NCBI GenBank assembly: GCA_039683615.1
Contig: JBDKRA010000001.1
Coordinates: forward strand, 25,958 to 89,957
Length of the DNA: 64,000 nt
DNA from: Phycisphaerae bacterium
Lineage (GTDB): Bacteria > Planctomycetota > Phycisphaerae > SM23-33
Direction: 5' to 3'
Part shown: in pieces, positions 33,612-42,248 of the stretch
Layout of the letters: each line of letters starts with the position of its first letter
Position numbering within the stretch: the first letter of the stretch is position 1
Notes under the pieces: generated by a model
The model's input: the letters and a program-made list of their open reading frames with translations, nothing else
Told to the model about the DNA's origin: nothing
Databases searched by the model: none
Translations under genes and position numbers: made by a program

Positions 33612-35198
33612 TCATGGACCCGCCGGGCGCGACGAGCCGCTGCGGCGCCGCCATTGCTCGTCGGCGGCAGTGACCGGCTTGGGTCCGGGCCCGGCCAGAT
33701 ACAACGCCACACGCTCCAGAGCCCACCGATCCGTCAGGGCGGCCGGGCAACTCAATCGAATGCCACCGGCTGTTACGGGTTTGAAAAAGACGATGCGCTT
33801 GTGGCCGACGGTCGAAACCCGGGCGAGTTCTTTCCACGTCTGGCCGTCGAGATATTCGGCGAGCAACTCGCTGATGTTCTGCCCGCGATGCAGATCTTCC
33901 GTCAGGACCATGTGATCGAATGTCGCGGGCGGATCGAGCATCTGCGTAAACGTGGAGAAGCGCCCCCGTGGGCACGCGACAAAGACCGGCGTGGCGAACC
34001 GCCGGCGGATGTCGTCGCCGAACTGCTTGGCGCGCTTCATGACCTCGTCGGTCATCAGCCCGCGCGGGTCGGGGGCGAAGTTGGGCAGGAAGTTCGCCCC
34101 GCGCCCGACGGAGAAGTAATACTTCTTGATCATCGCCTCGACGGGCGCCACGGCCGGGCCGTTCCAGAACCAGTGCCCGCTGAACTCGGTGTTGGTCTCC
34201 CACACGCGGTAGTAGCGCCCCCAGGGTGTCCCGGCGTCGCTCGTCGGGCGTTCAAAAGCCGTGCCGTCAACCGTGTCGACGGCGTTCCACAGCGTCTCGG
34301 GCGCCACGCCGAGGTGGCCGTTTTGAATCCACGTGTCGACGCCGAAGATCAGGCACTGCGGCTGCAGACGCCGCACGAGGGCGTCGATCTTGCGGTACAG
34401 GTCGCTGCCGCGGTGGTGGTCGAACCAGAGGTAGTCGATGGGCCCGTAGTTGCTCAGCAGCTCGATGATCTGCTGCTCCTGCACGCGCTGGTAGGCGGCC
34501 GGGTCGTCTTTGAACACGCGGCGGCTGTAGGCGTCGTGCGAAGGGGTGTGATAGAGGCCGACCTTCATGCCGCTGCGGCGGCAGGCGTCGGTGAACTCGC
34601 GGACGACGTCGCCCCGCCCGCTGCGCCACGAGCTTGCCTTGACGCTGTAATCGTGGCTGGCCGTAGGCCACGTGCAGAACCCGCCCTCGTGGCGGGCGGT
34701 GTAGACGACATAGCGGGCCCCCATCGCCGCGGCGGTCTGCATCCACTGGTCGCAGTTCAGTTCGGTCGGATTGAACAGGTCGGGCGACTTCTTGCCGTCG
34801 CCGCTGGTCTGGTCGGTGTAGGTGTCGAGTCCGAAGTGAATGAACAGCCCCATCTCCAGGTCCTGGAACGCCAACTGCTCCGGCGCCGGCCGGGCGGGGT
34901 TGGCGCGGCGCGTGGAGGCGCTGGCCGGCTGCGTCATCGGTCCGGGGCTGTAGTCGGTCAGATCGGCCAAAGCCGGCTCGTCCTGCCGCTGCGACGGGTC
35001 GGAAGCGTCCAACGGCCCGCGACGATGGGTACTGGCCACAAGCACAAGAGCCCCTGCCGCGACGAGCGCCGCCGCGCCAAATGCCACGATAATAATGATG
35101 AGTCTGCGCGACGCCTTGCTCACTGCCGATCCTTCCTGTGCCGCCCCAAAATCGTCAAACCGCCAGTTTAACCCACCCCCCTGCCGCGGCGGCCGCAA
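33612..35198 (-). CDS. Alpha-L-fucosidase (GH29)
   Basis: YVVYTARHEGGFCTWPT and ...DYLWFDHH... match the GH29 catalytic domain. N-terminal signal/TM anchor. Confidence 0.8.
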   Translation of the reverse strand: MRPPRQGGGLNWRFDDFGAAQEGSAVSKASRRLIIIIVAFGAAALVAAGALVLVASTHRRGPLDASDPSQRQDEPALADLTDYSPGPMTQPASASTRRANPARPAPEQLAFQDLEMGLFIHFGLDTYTDQTSGDGKKSPDLFNPTELNCDQWMQTAAAMGARYVVYTARHEGGFCTWPTASHDYSVKASSWRSGRGDVVREFTDACRRSGMKVGLYHTPSHDAYSRRVFKDDPAAYQRVQEQQIIELLSNYGPIDYLWFDHHRGSDLYRKIDALVRRLQPQCLIFGVDTWIQNGHLGVAPETLWNAVDTVDGTAFERPTSDAGTPWGRYYRVWETNTEFSGHWFWNGPAVAPVEAMIKKYYFSVGRGANFLPNFAPDPRGLMTDEVMKRAKQFGDDIRRRFATPVFVACPRGRFSTFTQMLDPPATFDHMVLTEDLHRGQNISELLAEYLDGQTWKELARVSTVGHKRIVFFKPVTAGGIRLSCPAALTDRWALERVALYLAGPGPKPVTAADEQWRRRSGSSRPAGP

Positions 35199-35279
35199 GA
35201 TTCCGTTGGACCGCCCGCTGCGGGAGGGCTACGATTCCAGAGCCCCAAGGCCGCCAACGAAGACAAAGGCAGGCAGAAC

Positions 35280-35759
35280 ATGAAGACCCTCATCGTCTAT
35301 TACTCGCGAACGGGCCTGACCCGCAAGGCCGCACAGGATATCCAGCAGGCCCTGTCGGCCGACATCGAGGAGATCGCCGACAGCGTCAATCACAGTGGGG
35401 CCTCGGGATGGATCCTCGCCGGGCGCGACGCCGCGACCAAACGCCTTACGCCGATCGGCCCCTTCCAGCACAAGACCGACGAGTATGACCTGGTCGTCAT
35501 CGCCACGCCGGTCTGGGCCTTCACGATGGCCAGCCCCGTGCGGACATGGCTGACCGAGCACGGCCGCGAGTGCAAGAAGGTCGCCTTCCTGGCCACGATG
35601 GGCGGCAGCGGCGACAAACGCTCCTTCGAGCACATGTCCGCCCTCTGCGGCCAGCCCCCCATCGCGACGCTGAGCCTGATCGACAAAGACATCCGCAAGG
35701 ACCTGCACGCCGAAAAAATCACCGCCTTCGTCAAGACGTTGCAGGACAGTGCGGTCTAG
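35280..35759 (+). CDS. Flavodoxin-family protein
   Basis: 159 aa with the N-terminal motif KTLIVYYSRTG.T...A, a flavodoxin FMN-binding loop. Confidence 0.75.
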   Translation: MKTLIVYYSRTGLTRKAAQDIQQALSADIEEIADSVNHSGASGWILAGRDAATKRLTPIGPFQHKTDEYDLVVIATPVWAFTMASPVRTWLTEHGRECKKVAFLATMGGSGDKRSFEHMSALCGQPPIATLSLIDKDIRKDLHAEKITAFVKTLQDSAV

Positions 35760-36457
35760 TTCTTGGTGTAGTGTGCTGGAACGCGGTAGTGCCCCGTGAG
35801 CGGAAACTCGAACAGCCCATCCTCTTCCCTGGCGCCGCTACCGATATTGTGAATGACCAAAGCAATGTTGCGCGAATTTTTCCTGTCGCTGACGATCATG
35901 ATGTGAGGGCGGTTGGGAGGAACCGTGCAGGTGACGATATCGCCGGGAAGATAATCCCCCGCAGCCGACGTCACGGGGAGCGCCCATCCTTTCCTCTGGA
36001 AATACCGCTGCACGTTGGGAACGCGACGATGATCGATATTGGGGTCCGGCCTGGACAGCCCCCACGTATTGGGGTAACTGGCGAAGGAGGCTTTCATGTC
36101 CTCATGCACCCGCGCCTGCAAGTCCATCCCCAGACCGTCGCGCAGGGCCCGAGTCACAACGTCCGTGCAAACGCCCCGATCAATAGGCACATCGCCCAGC
36201 GGGTAGGCCAAACGCACGTAGGCGGGATCGTAGATCGTCGTCCTGCCCACCTGGGACCGCGCCGCAGCGACCACCGGCGGCGAAGGCACGCTCGGCGCCT
36301 GCGAGGCTGCCGCTTTCCGAGCACCGCCAGCCGGCGGCACGTTTGCCGGGCGAGTTCCGCCGGCAGGTTTGTCAGGACGGCCGCAACCGGCCATGAGACA
36401 GCCGCAGCAGACCATAGCCAGTGCGTGCATCGCGATGTGGGACTGCTTGCGTTTCAT
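35756..36457 (-). CDS. DUF1287-family lipoprotein
   Basis: 233 aa with signal plus lipobox (LMAGCG) and the conserved GVCTDVVTRALRD region typical of DUF1287. Confidence 0.65.
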   Translation of the reverse strand: MKRKQSHIAMHALAMVCCGCLMAGCGRPDKPAGGTRPANVPPAGGARKAAASQAPSVPSPPVVAAARSQVGRTTIYDPAYVRLAYPLGDVPIDRGVCTDVVTRALRDGLGMDLQARVHEDMKASFASYPNTWGLSRPDPNIDHRRVPNVQRYFQRKGWALPVTSAAGDYLPGDIVTCTVPPNRPHIMIVSDRKNSRNIALVIHNIGSGAREEDGLFEFPLTGHYRVPAHYTKN

Positions 36458-36590
36458 CTGGTTCCTGCGGCGGTCGCAAGGTCGAAGAGCTTACCAAGAA
36501 ACTATTCAAAAAGTCGCCACATGACAAGACTCGCAGTATATTGCCCTTCACGGGCAACCGAACCTGAGGTTCGTCCCATAGGAGAATGCC

Positions 36591-38054
36591 ATGGAAGAGT
36601 ACGCGCTGCGATATCCGGGGCGGCGGTGGGAGATTGTTTACTCGCGCTATGAGGGCGTGCAGCAGTTCGCCGTCGATGAGGTCCAGCGGGTGTTGCAGCG
36701 GTATCTGCCGTATGTCGTCGCCGTGCGGGCGGCGGGGACGGAGCGGCCTGACGCGGACGTGCATCGCATCCTGATCGGCACGGCCGCCGGCCATGCGGGC
36801 GTGGCGGAATGCATTGCGCGCGGGTACGTTGACAAGCCTCAAGGCGCAGGGGCGTACTCCATCACGGTGTTCAAGACGGGCGAGGCGATCACGGCCGTCA
36901 TCGCCGGGGCCGACAAGGCTGGCGTGCTGCACGGGGCGGTGGATTTTTGCGGCCGCGTGCTGGGCCTGGGCGTCGTCGAGGAGAAGCCCGAACTGCAGCA
37001 GGCCGCCCTGGACCGCCTGGGCGAGGTGAAATACGCCACCGCTCCGGCCGTCGACAACCGCGGCATCTGGACGTGGGGGTACGTGATCTACGACTACAAA
37101 CGGTTCATCGACAACATGGCGCGGCTGCGGATGAACATGCTGACGTTGTGGAACGATCAGCCGCCGCTGAACTGCCCGCAGATCATCGATTACGCCCACA
37201 GCCGCGGCGTCAAGATCGTGCTGGGCTTCCACTGGGGCTGGGGGCTGGAGAAATTCGACATCTTCAGCCAGGCCGACCGCGACGGCGTCCGTCGCGGCGT
37301 CGTCGAAAACTATCGCCGCAACTACGCGCACCTCAAGGCCGACGGCATCTACTTCCAGACCAGCACCGAGCATACGACCACGGCCAGGGACGGTGTCACG
37401 ACCGCCAAGGCCGCCTGCATGCTCGTCAACGAAACCGCTCGCGAGTTGCTGGCCGACCAAGGCGATCTGTACATCCAGTTCGGCCTGCACGCCACGAGCA
37501 TCCAGGATCGCTTCGCCGACCTGGCGGACCTGGACTCTCGCGTGACGATCGTGTGGGAAGACGCCGGCGCCCTGCCCTACACCTACGGCGCCGAGGTGAA
37601 TCCAGACGCCGTCGACGAACCGGGCTTCCCCCGAACGCCGGCGGGCACCATCGAGTACAGCCGCAAGCTGGCGACGTTCCGCCCCGGCACCGAGTTTGCC
37701 CTGGTGCCCAAGGGCTGGACCGCCCTGCGATGGGACTGCGAGTTCGAGCATCACGGCCCATTCATCCTGGGCGAGCGAGACGAAGCGTTCGTGGCCTCGC
37801 GGCTCCGGCGCCGTCAGCGCTGGTGGGACCACGCCAATTCGGCCTGGCTGCGGAACTATCCGCTGGCCGCGAAGTTCTACCGCGAGATCCTCGCATGCAA
37901 ACCGCCGAAAGTCACAGCCACTGCGCTGATCGAGGACGGCGTCTTCGAGGCCAGGATTCAATCCAGCGCTGCGCTGCTGGGACAGATCCTGTGGGATCCC
38001 CGCCGCGAGGATAGCGAGATTCTCAAGCAGGCGATGAGTCCGTATTACCGGTAG
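36591..38054 (+). CDS. Hypothetical protein, possibly a glycoside-hydrolase-like TIM-barrel (family unassigned)
   Basis: 487 aa with a good RBS (GGAGA). The internal NRGIWTWGYVIYDY...MNMLTLWNDQP...GVKIVLGFHWGWG resembles sugar-hydrolase barrels. No decisive motif was found. Confidence 0.6.
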   Translation: MEEYALRYPGRRWEIVYSRYEGVQQFAVDEVQRVLQRYLPYVVAVRAAGTERPDADVHRILIGTAAGHAGVAECIARGYVDKPQGAGAYSITVFKTGEAITAVIAGADKAGVLHGAVDFCGRVLGLGVVEEKPELQQAALDRLGEVKYATAPAVDNRGIWTWGYVIYDYKRFIDNMARLRMNMLTLWNDQPPLNCPQIIDYAHSRGVKIVLGFHWGWGLEKFDIFSQADRDGVRRGVVENYRRNYAHLKADGIYFQTSTEHTTTARDGVTTAKAACMLVNETARELLADQGDLYIQFGLHATSIQDRFADLADLDSRVTIVWEDAGALPYTYGAEVNPDAVDEPGFPRTPAGTIEYSRKLATFRPGTEFALVPKGWTALRWDCEFEHHGPFILGERDEAFVASRLRRRQRWWDHANSAWLRNYPLAAKFYREILACKPPKVTATALIEDGVFEARIQSSAALLGQILWDPRREDSEILKQAMSPYYR

Positions 38055-38072
38055 GTCTGGAGAGGGGGAAAC

Positions 38073-38275
38073 AACCGACGACGAGGACGACGACGAGGAC
38101 GAGGATGAACAATACGCCGCCAGATTGTGTCGCAGCGCGTTAGCGGTCGAGCCCGCCACGGCGGATCTTCGATTTGCTCGACGCGTTTCCCTGAACGCGC
38201 GGGGCGAGCCCCCCGCTGACGAGAGATGAACGATATTCTCGTCCTCGTCGTCGTCCTCGTCCTCGTCGTCGGTTT
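38073..38275. repeat. Imperfect inverted repeat between convergent genes (MITE-like or bidirectional-terminator-like)
   Basis: Arms AACCGACGACGAGGACGACGACGAGGACGAGGATGAAC (38073-38110) and TGAACGATATTCTCGTCCTCGTCGTCGTCCTCGTCCTCGTCGTCGGTTT (38227-38275), which are (GAC/GAG)n-rich. Confidence 0.55.
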
Positions 38276-38293
38276 CTTCTTTTCTCCCGGCGG

Positions 38294-39955
38294 TCACTCT
38301 TTTTTGCGGATAATCGATATCACCAACCACAACCCTATCACCGCGGCGGTGAGGTATCCCAGCACGCCCAGCGACTGCAGGCGGATGATCCCCAGGACCA
38401 TGCCCTCGCGCTGCGTCACCAGCAGGATCGAGCCCACCAGCAGGCCCGAGATGATCAGGGCGAAGCTGATGCGGTCGGAGCTGGTGTGCAGCGTGCGGAC
38501 GAGTTGCTCCAGGTGCTCGTGCTGCACGTGAAGCTGCAGGCGGCCGCGCTTGAGGTGCCGCACGATGGCCGCCAGGTCGCTGGGCAGATCGGCGGCCATA
38601 TTCATCGCGTCGAGGGCGGCGCGGCGGGTACGGCGCCACAGGGCGGCGCCGCTGACCTGCTCGAGCGAGACCCGCCGCGCGTACGGGCGCAGGTGCTCCT
38701 CGAGGCCGAACTCGCTGTCGAGCGTGGTGGCCATCGACTCGATGGCCATCACCGCCTTGAGCATGAGCGTGAACTCGGCCGGCGGACGCAGACGGTGGCG
38801 ACGGAAGAGGTCGAACGTCTGCATCATCATCTCGCCGAAGGGGATTTCCTTGACCGGCAGGGCGTGGTACATGCCCAGCATTTCCCCCGCGTCACGGGCC
38901 AGCTCGCGCACGTCGGTGCCCTCGCCGAGCATCTCGAAACGCTCGAAGTCATGAATGAGGCCGCTGGGGTCGTTGTCCAGAATCGACTGCACGAACTGGC
39001 CGAACAGCACGCGCTCCTGGTCGCCCAGGTGCGCGACCTGGCCAAAGTCCAGCGGCGCCAGCACGTTGTCAGGCAGGATAAAGAAGTTGCCCGCGTGCGG
39101 GTCGCTGTGGAAAAAGCTGAAATCGAAGATCTGTCGCAGCACGAAGTTCACCCCGCGCCGGGCGATGAGCCGCCCGTCCAGCCCCGCCTGGCGCAGGGCG
39201 GCCACGTCGGTGGGCTTGATCCCGTCGATGTACTCCATCGTCAGCACGGCCCGCGTGCAATAGGCGGGGTAGGTGCGCAGGATGTGCACGGTCGGGTCGT
39301 CCTTGAACAGGCGGGCAAAGCGGTCGATGTTCATCCGCTCGCTGTTGAGGTCGACCTCTCGCATGACGGCGCGGGTGAACTCGCGCACGATCAGGACCGG
39401 GTCGGCCCCGGCGCTGCGGCCCCAGCGGGCGCGGAGCATCAGGGCGATCCTGTCGAGCACCTCGCACTCGCTGCGCAGGGCCGTCGCCACGCCCGGGCGG
39501 CGCACCTTGACGGCCACCACGTCCCCCTCCACCGTCACCGCCCGGTGCACCTGGGCGATGCTCCCGGCGGCGATGGGCGAGGGGTCGAACTGGCGGAAGT
39601 AATCGCTCAGCGGCTTGCCCAGCTCGCGCTCGATCTCGGCGCGGATGGTCTGGAAGTCCACAGCCGCCACCTGGTCCTGCAGACGCTCGAACTCGATGGC
39701 GTAGTCAACGGGGATCAGGTCCGGACGGCCGCTGAGCAGTTGCCCCAGCTTGATGAAGGTCGGTCCCAGTTCTTCCAGCGCCATCCGCGCCCGCTGGGGG
39801 CGCGAGAGATGATTGGCCGTCGGCGCGCGGCGGCGCAGGCGGCCTCCGGCGCTTGAAATCTCTCCCAATCCATATTTGGCCAGCACCGCCAGGATGTGGC
39901 GGTACAGCCGCAGGTGCTCGACCGTGCGGGTCAGGCTGAAGGAGAACAGGGCCAT
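38294..39955 (-). CDS. ubiB: ABC1/UbiB-family atypical protein kinase
   Basis: 553 aa. N-terminal ELGPTFIKLGQLLSGRPDLIP and catalytic HSDPHAGN are signatures of ABC1/UbiB kinases. Two TM helices at the C-terminus. Confidence 0.85.
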   Translation of the reverse strand: MALFSFSLTRTVEHLRLYRHILAVLAKYGLGEISSAGGRLRRRAPTANHLSRPQRARMALEELGPTFIKLGQLLSGRPDLIPVDYAIEFERLQDQVAAVDFQTIRAEIERELGKPLSDYFRQFDPSPIAAGSIAQVHRAVTVEGDVVAVKVRRPGVATALRSECEVLDRIALMLRARWGRSAGADPVLIVREFTRAVMREVDLNSERMNIDRFARLFKDDPTVHILRTYPAYCTRAVLTMEYIDGIKPTDVAALRQAGLDGRLIARRGVNFVLRQIFDFSFFHSDPHAGNFFILPDNVLAPLDFGQVAHLGDQERVLFGQFVQSILDNDPSGLIHDFERFEMLGEGTDVRELARDAGEMLGMYHALPVKEIPFGEMMMQTFDLFRRHRLRPPAEFTLMLKAVMAIESMATTLDSEFGLEEHLRPYARRVSLEQVSGAALWRRTRRAALDAMNMAADLPSDLAAIVRHLKRGRLQLHVQHEHLEQLVRTLHTSSDRISFALIISGLLVGSILLVTQREGMVLGIIRLQSLGVLGYLTAAVIGLWLVISIIRKKE

Positions 39956-39961
39956 AGGTTT

Positions 39962-40318
39962 TCATCGCGCGACGGCGGTCTTTCGGCGGCCCGGGGCGGC
40001 GGGCCTTTTTGTCGGGCGGGAGGGCCTCGGTTGCGCCAAGGTCAGTTGGTCGAGCTTGCGTTCGATGCGGGCCAGGTCCTTGCGGCTGGCCAATTCGAGC
40101 CGCTCGACCGCCTGTTCGACCTGGCGATGCACCATCATAGCCAAGTCCCTGCGGGCGTCGTCGGCTGCATCGACGACGGATCTGACAAAGCCTTCGCGAC
40201 TGGTTTTGGCCGCCTCGCCACGGCGGACGAGGTCGTCGAAGAGTTCCTCGGCCTTCTCGCGCGTCATGGACAGCATCCCCAGCCCCGCCGCCATCAATTT
40301 CTCCACCGATTCGAGCAT
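39962..40318 (-). CDS. Phasin-like coiled-coil protein (TIGR01837/PhaF-like), likely co-transcribed with ubiB
   Basis: 118 aa, alpha-helical, MLESVEKLMAAGLGMLSMTREKAEELFDDLVRRGE..., ending 6 nt before the ubiB start. Confidence 0.5.
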   Translation of the reverse strand: MLESVEKLMAAGLGMLSMTREKAEELFDDLVRRGEAAKTSREGFVRSVVDAADDARRDLAMMVHRQVEQAVERLELASRKDLARIERKLDQLTLAQPRPSRPTKRPAAPGRRKTAVAR

Positions 40319-40443
40319 GGCTGCCTCCCTAGCCCGTTAGAACGGAAGTCGTCTGTGTCTTAGACTATTGAATTATAGAGGCGCAGCGGACCCGTATCCG
40401 GGTTTTGACCGGCTGGGCCAGTTGAGATGCAAAAAAACCATCG

Positions 40444-41922
40444 CTAGCCTTGCGACGACGTTTCGGCCGCCAGGCACGGCGCATTGCAGTTGGGAGCATG
40501 TTGGGCGCGGCCGCAGCGGAAGGGCGTGTTGCTCAGGAACAGCAGCGAGCAGATCAGGCCCAGCAGCAGGAATGCCGCAGCCACGACAAAGGAGTACCAG
40601 GCCTTGGCGTCACATCCGGCGCTGGCGCGCATCTGCTCCATCCACAGGATCGCTCCCGAGTACCATTGATCTGTGGCGCCCAGGGCCGTGAAGCTTGCGA
40701 TCCCGTCTTTGATCTTGGCGAAGAGTTGTGGCCCTACAACTCCCGCAGCAGACCACGCGGTCAGGATCACGCCATACACAACGGCCATCATCTTGGGGCC
40801 GAACACATCGGTCACAAACGAGGGCATCGTGCCGAACCCCCCGCCGTAGCACAGCAGGATGTAGCAGATCAGCGCGCCGAAAACCCACGGGTTGCCCACG
40901 AACATCAAGGCGGCAAACGCCGCGATCTGCGTGACGAGCATAATGCGGAAGGCCTGCACGCGGCCGATGCGGTCGGACAGGCCGCCCCAGAAGAATCGCC
41001 CGGCGCCATTGAAGAGAGAACTGATCGCCACCAGCGTGGCGCCGTATCCTGCCAGAAACTTGACGGCCTCCGCCTCGGTCATCCCGGCCAGGGCCGCGCC
41101 CATCGTCTTGCGATACAGGTCCTGGATCATCGGAGACTGCAGGCTGATGATCGAGATTCCCGCGGCAATGTTGCAGAAGAACACCACCCACATCGCGGTG
41201 AACCGTCCGGAGAAGATGCACCACAGGGACCGGTGCTTGACGTCCGAAAGCGAGTTGGCCGCCGACGCCGTTACCGACGGCGAATAACCGGCCGGCACAT
41301 ATCCGGCAGGGGGATTCTTCAGGAATGCCGCCACGATCGGCGTCACGATCAGGAACATGGCCCCCAGCATCGCAAAGAGCAGATCATAGCGTCCGGCAGG
41401 GCTGTCGGCACTCTTGGTGAATGCAAGCAGCACCGGCGCAAGCACCTTGCTCATCAACAACGCGCCAAACCCAAAGCCCATGATCACCATGCCGGTGACG
41501 AGCCCCTTCTTATCCGGGAACCACTTGGCAGCCGTGGCGACCGGCGTGACATACCCCAGACCCAGACCGATGCCGCCGATGACGCCGTAGCCGATCCAGA
41601 GCACCCACAGGTTATGCCAGTACAGCCCTGCCGCGCCCAATAGGTATCCCAACCCGAACAGCGTTCCGCCGATCATCGCGAGCTTGCGCGGGCCGTACTT
41701 GGCCAGGTTGATCCCTCCCCAGGCGGCTGCCAGGCCGAGAAAGCAGATCGCCAGGCTGAAGGCGACCATGACCTGAGTGTTGGTCCAGCCGTAAGTTTTC
41801 GACAGAGGATCCTGGAAGTAACTCCAGGCATAGACGGTGCCCAGGCACAGTTGCAGCAGCGTGCCCATGATGGCGATCAACCAGCGATTGCCCGTTTGCG
41901 GCGTCAAGGGTGCATCCGTCAT
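40444..41922 (-). CDS. MFS transporter, oxalate:formate antiporter (OFA) family
   Basis: 492 aa with 12 TM helices. The N-terminus IAIMGTLLQLCLGTVYAWSYF is characteristic of the OFA family. Confidence 0.8.
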   Translation of the reverse strand: MTDAPLTPQTGNRWLIAIMGTLLQLCLGTVYAWSYFQDPLSKTYGWTNTQVMVAFSLAICFLGLAAAWGGINLAKYGPRKLAMIGGTLFGLGYLLGAAGLYWHNLWVLWIGYGVIGGIGLGLGYVTPVATAAKWFPDKKGLVTGMVIMGFGFGALLMSKVLAPVLLAFTKSADSPAGRYDLLFAMLGAMFLIVTPIVAAFLKNPPAGYVPAGYSPSVTASAANSLSDVKHRSLWCIFSGRFTAMWVVFFCNIAAGISIISLQSPMIQDLYRKTMGAALAGMTEAEAVKFLAGYGATLVAISSLFNGAGRFFWGGLSDRIGRVQAFRIMLVTQIAAFAALMFVGNPWVFGALICYILLCYGGGFGTMPSFVTDVFGPKMMAVVYGVILTAWSAAGVVGPQLFAKIKDGIASFTALGATDQWYSGAILWMEQMRASAGCDAKAWYSFVVAAAFLLLGLICSLLFLSNTPFRCGRAQHAPNCNAPCLAAETSSQG

Positions 41923-42248
41923 GGCAGAAAGACCTCCTTCAGGCGCGGCAGGCGCCGTCCTTTTGAGAATCCATTACTTTAAGGCTGACAAGGACAGATT
42001 TCCAGCAGATTTACGCCTGTCCGAGCATCCCCTCGGTTACAGGGGGGAGGTCGCGGCGGAGGCACCTGGCATTTATCAATGCCGTTTTGCAGGCGTTGAT
42101 GAATACTTGGCCCGGATACCGTACCGGCCCGAAATGAAGAAGTAATTCACACTCAGGCGACGCCACTCAACCGGCTGAATATAATTCCCCGCATCGTGAG
42201 TCCTAAGACTATCGATATGGCCAAGTTGCATGCTTAGGGACCGCAAAG

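Noticed and set aside
42075-42100. FNR/CRP-like site ATCAA-N16-TTGAT upstream of actB
   Set aside because: The half-sites are in the wrong relative orientation and spacing for TTGAT-N4-ATCAA, so it is not supportable from sequence alone.
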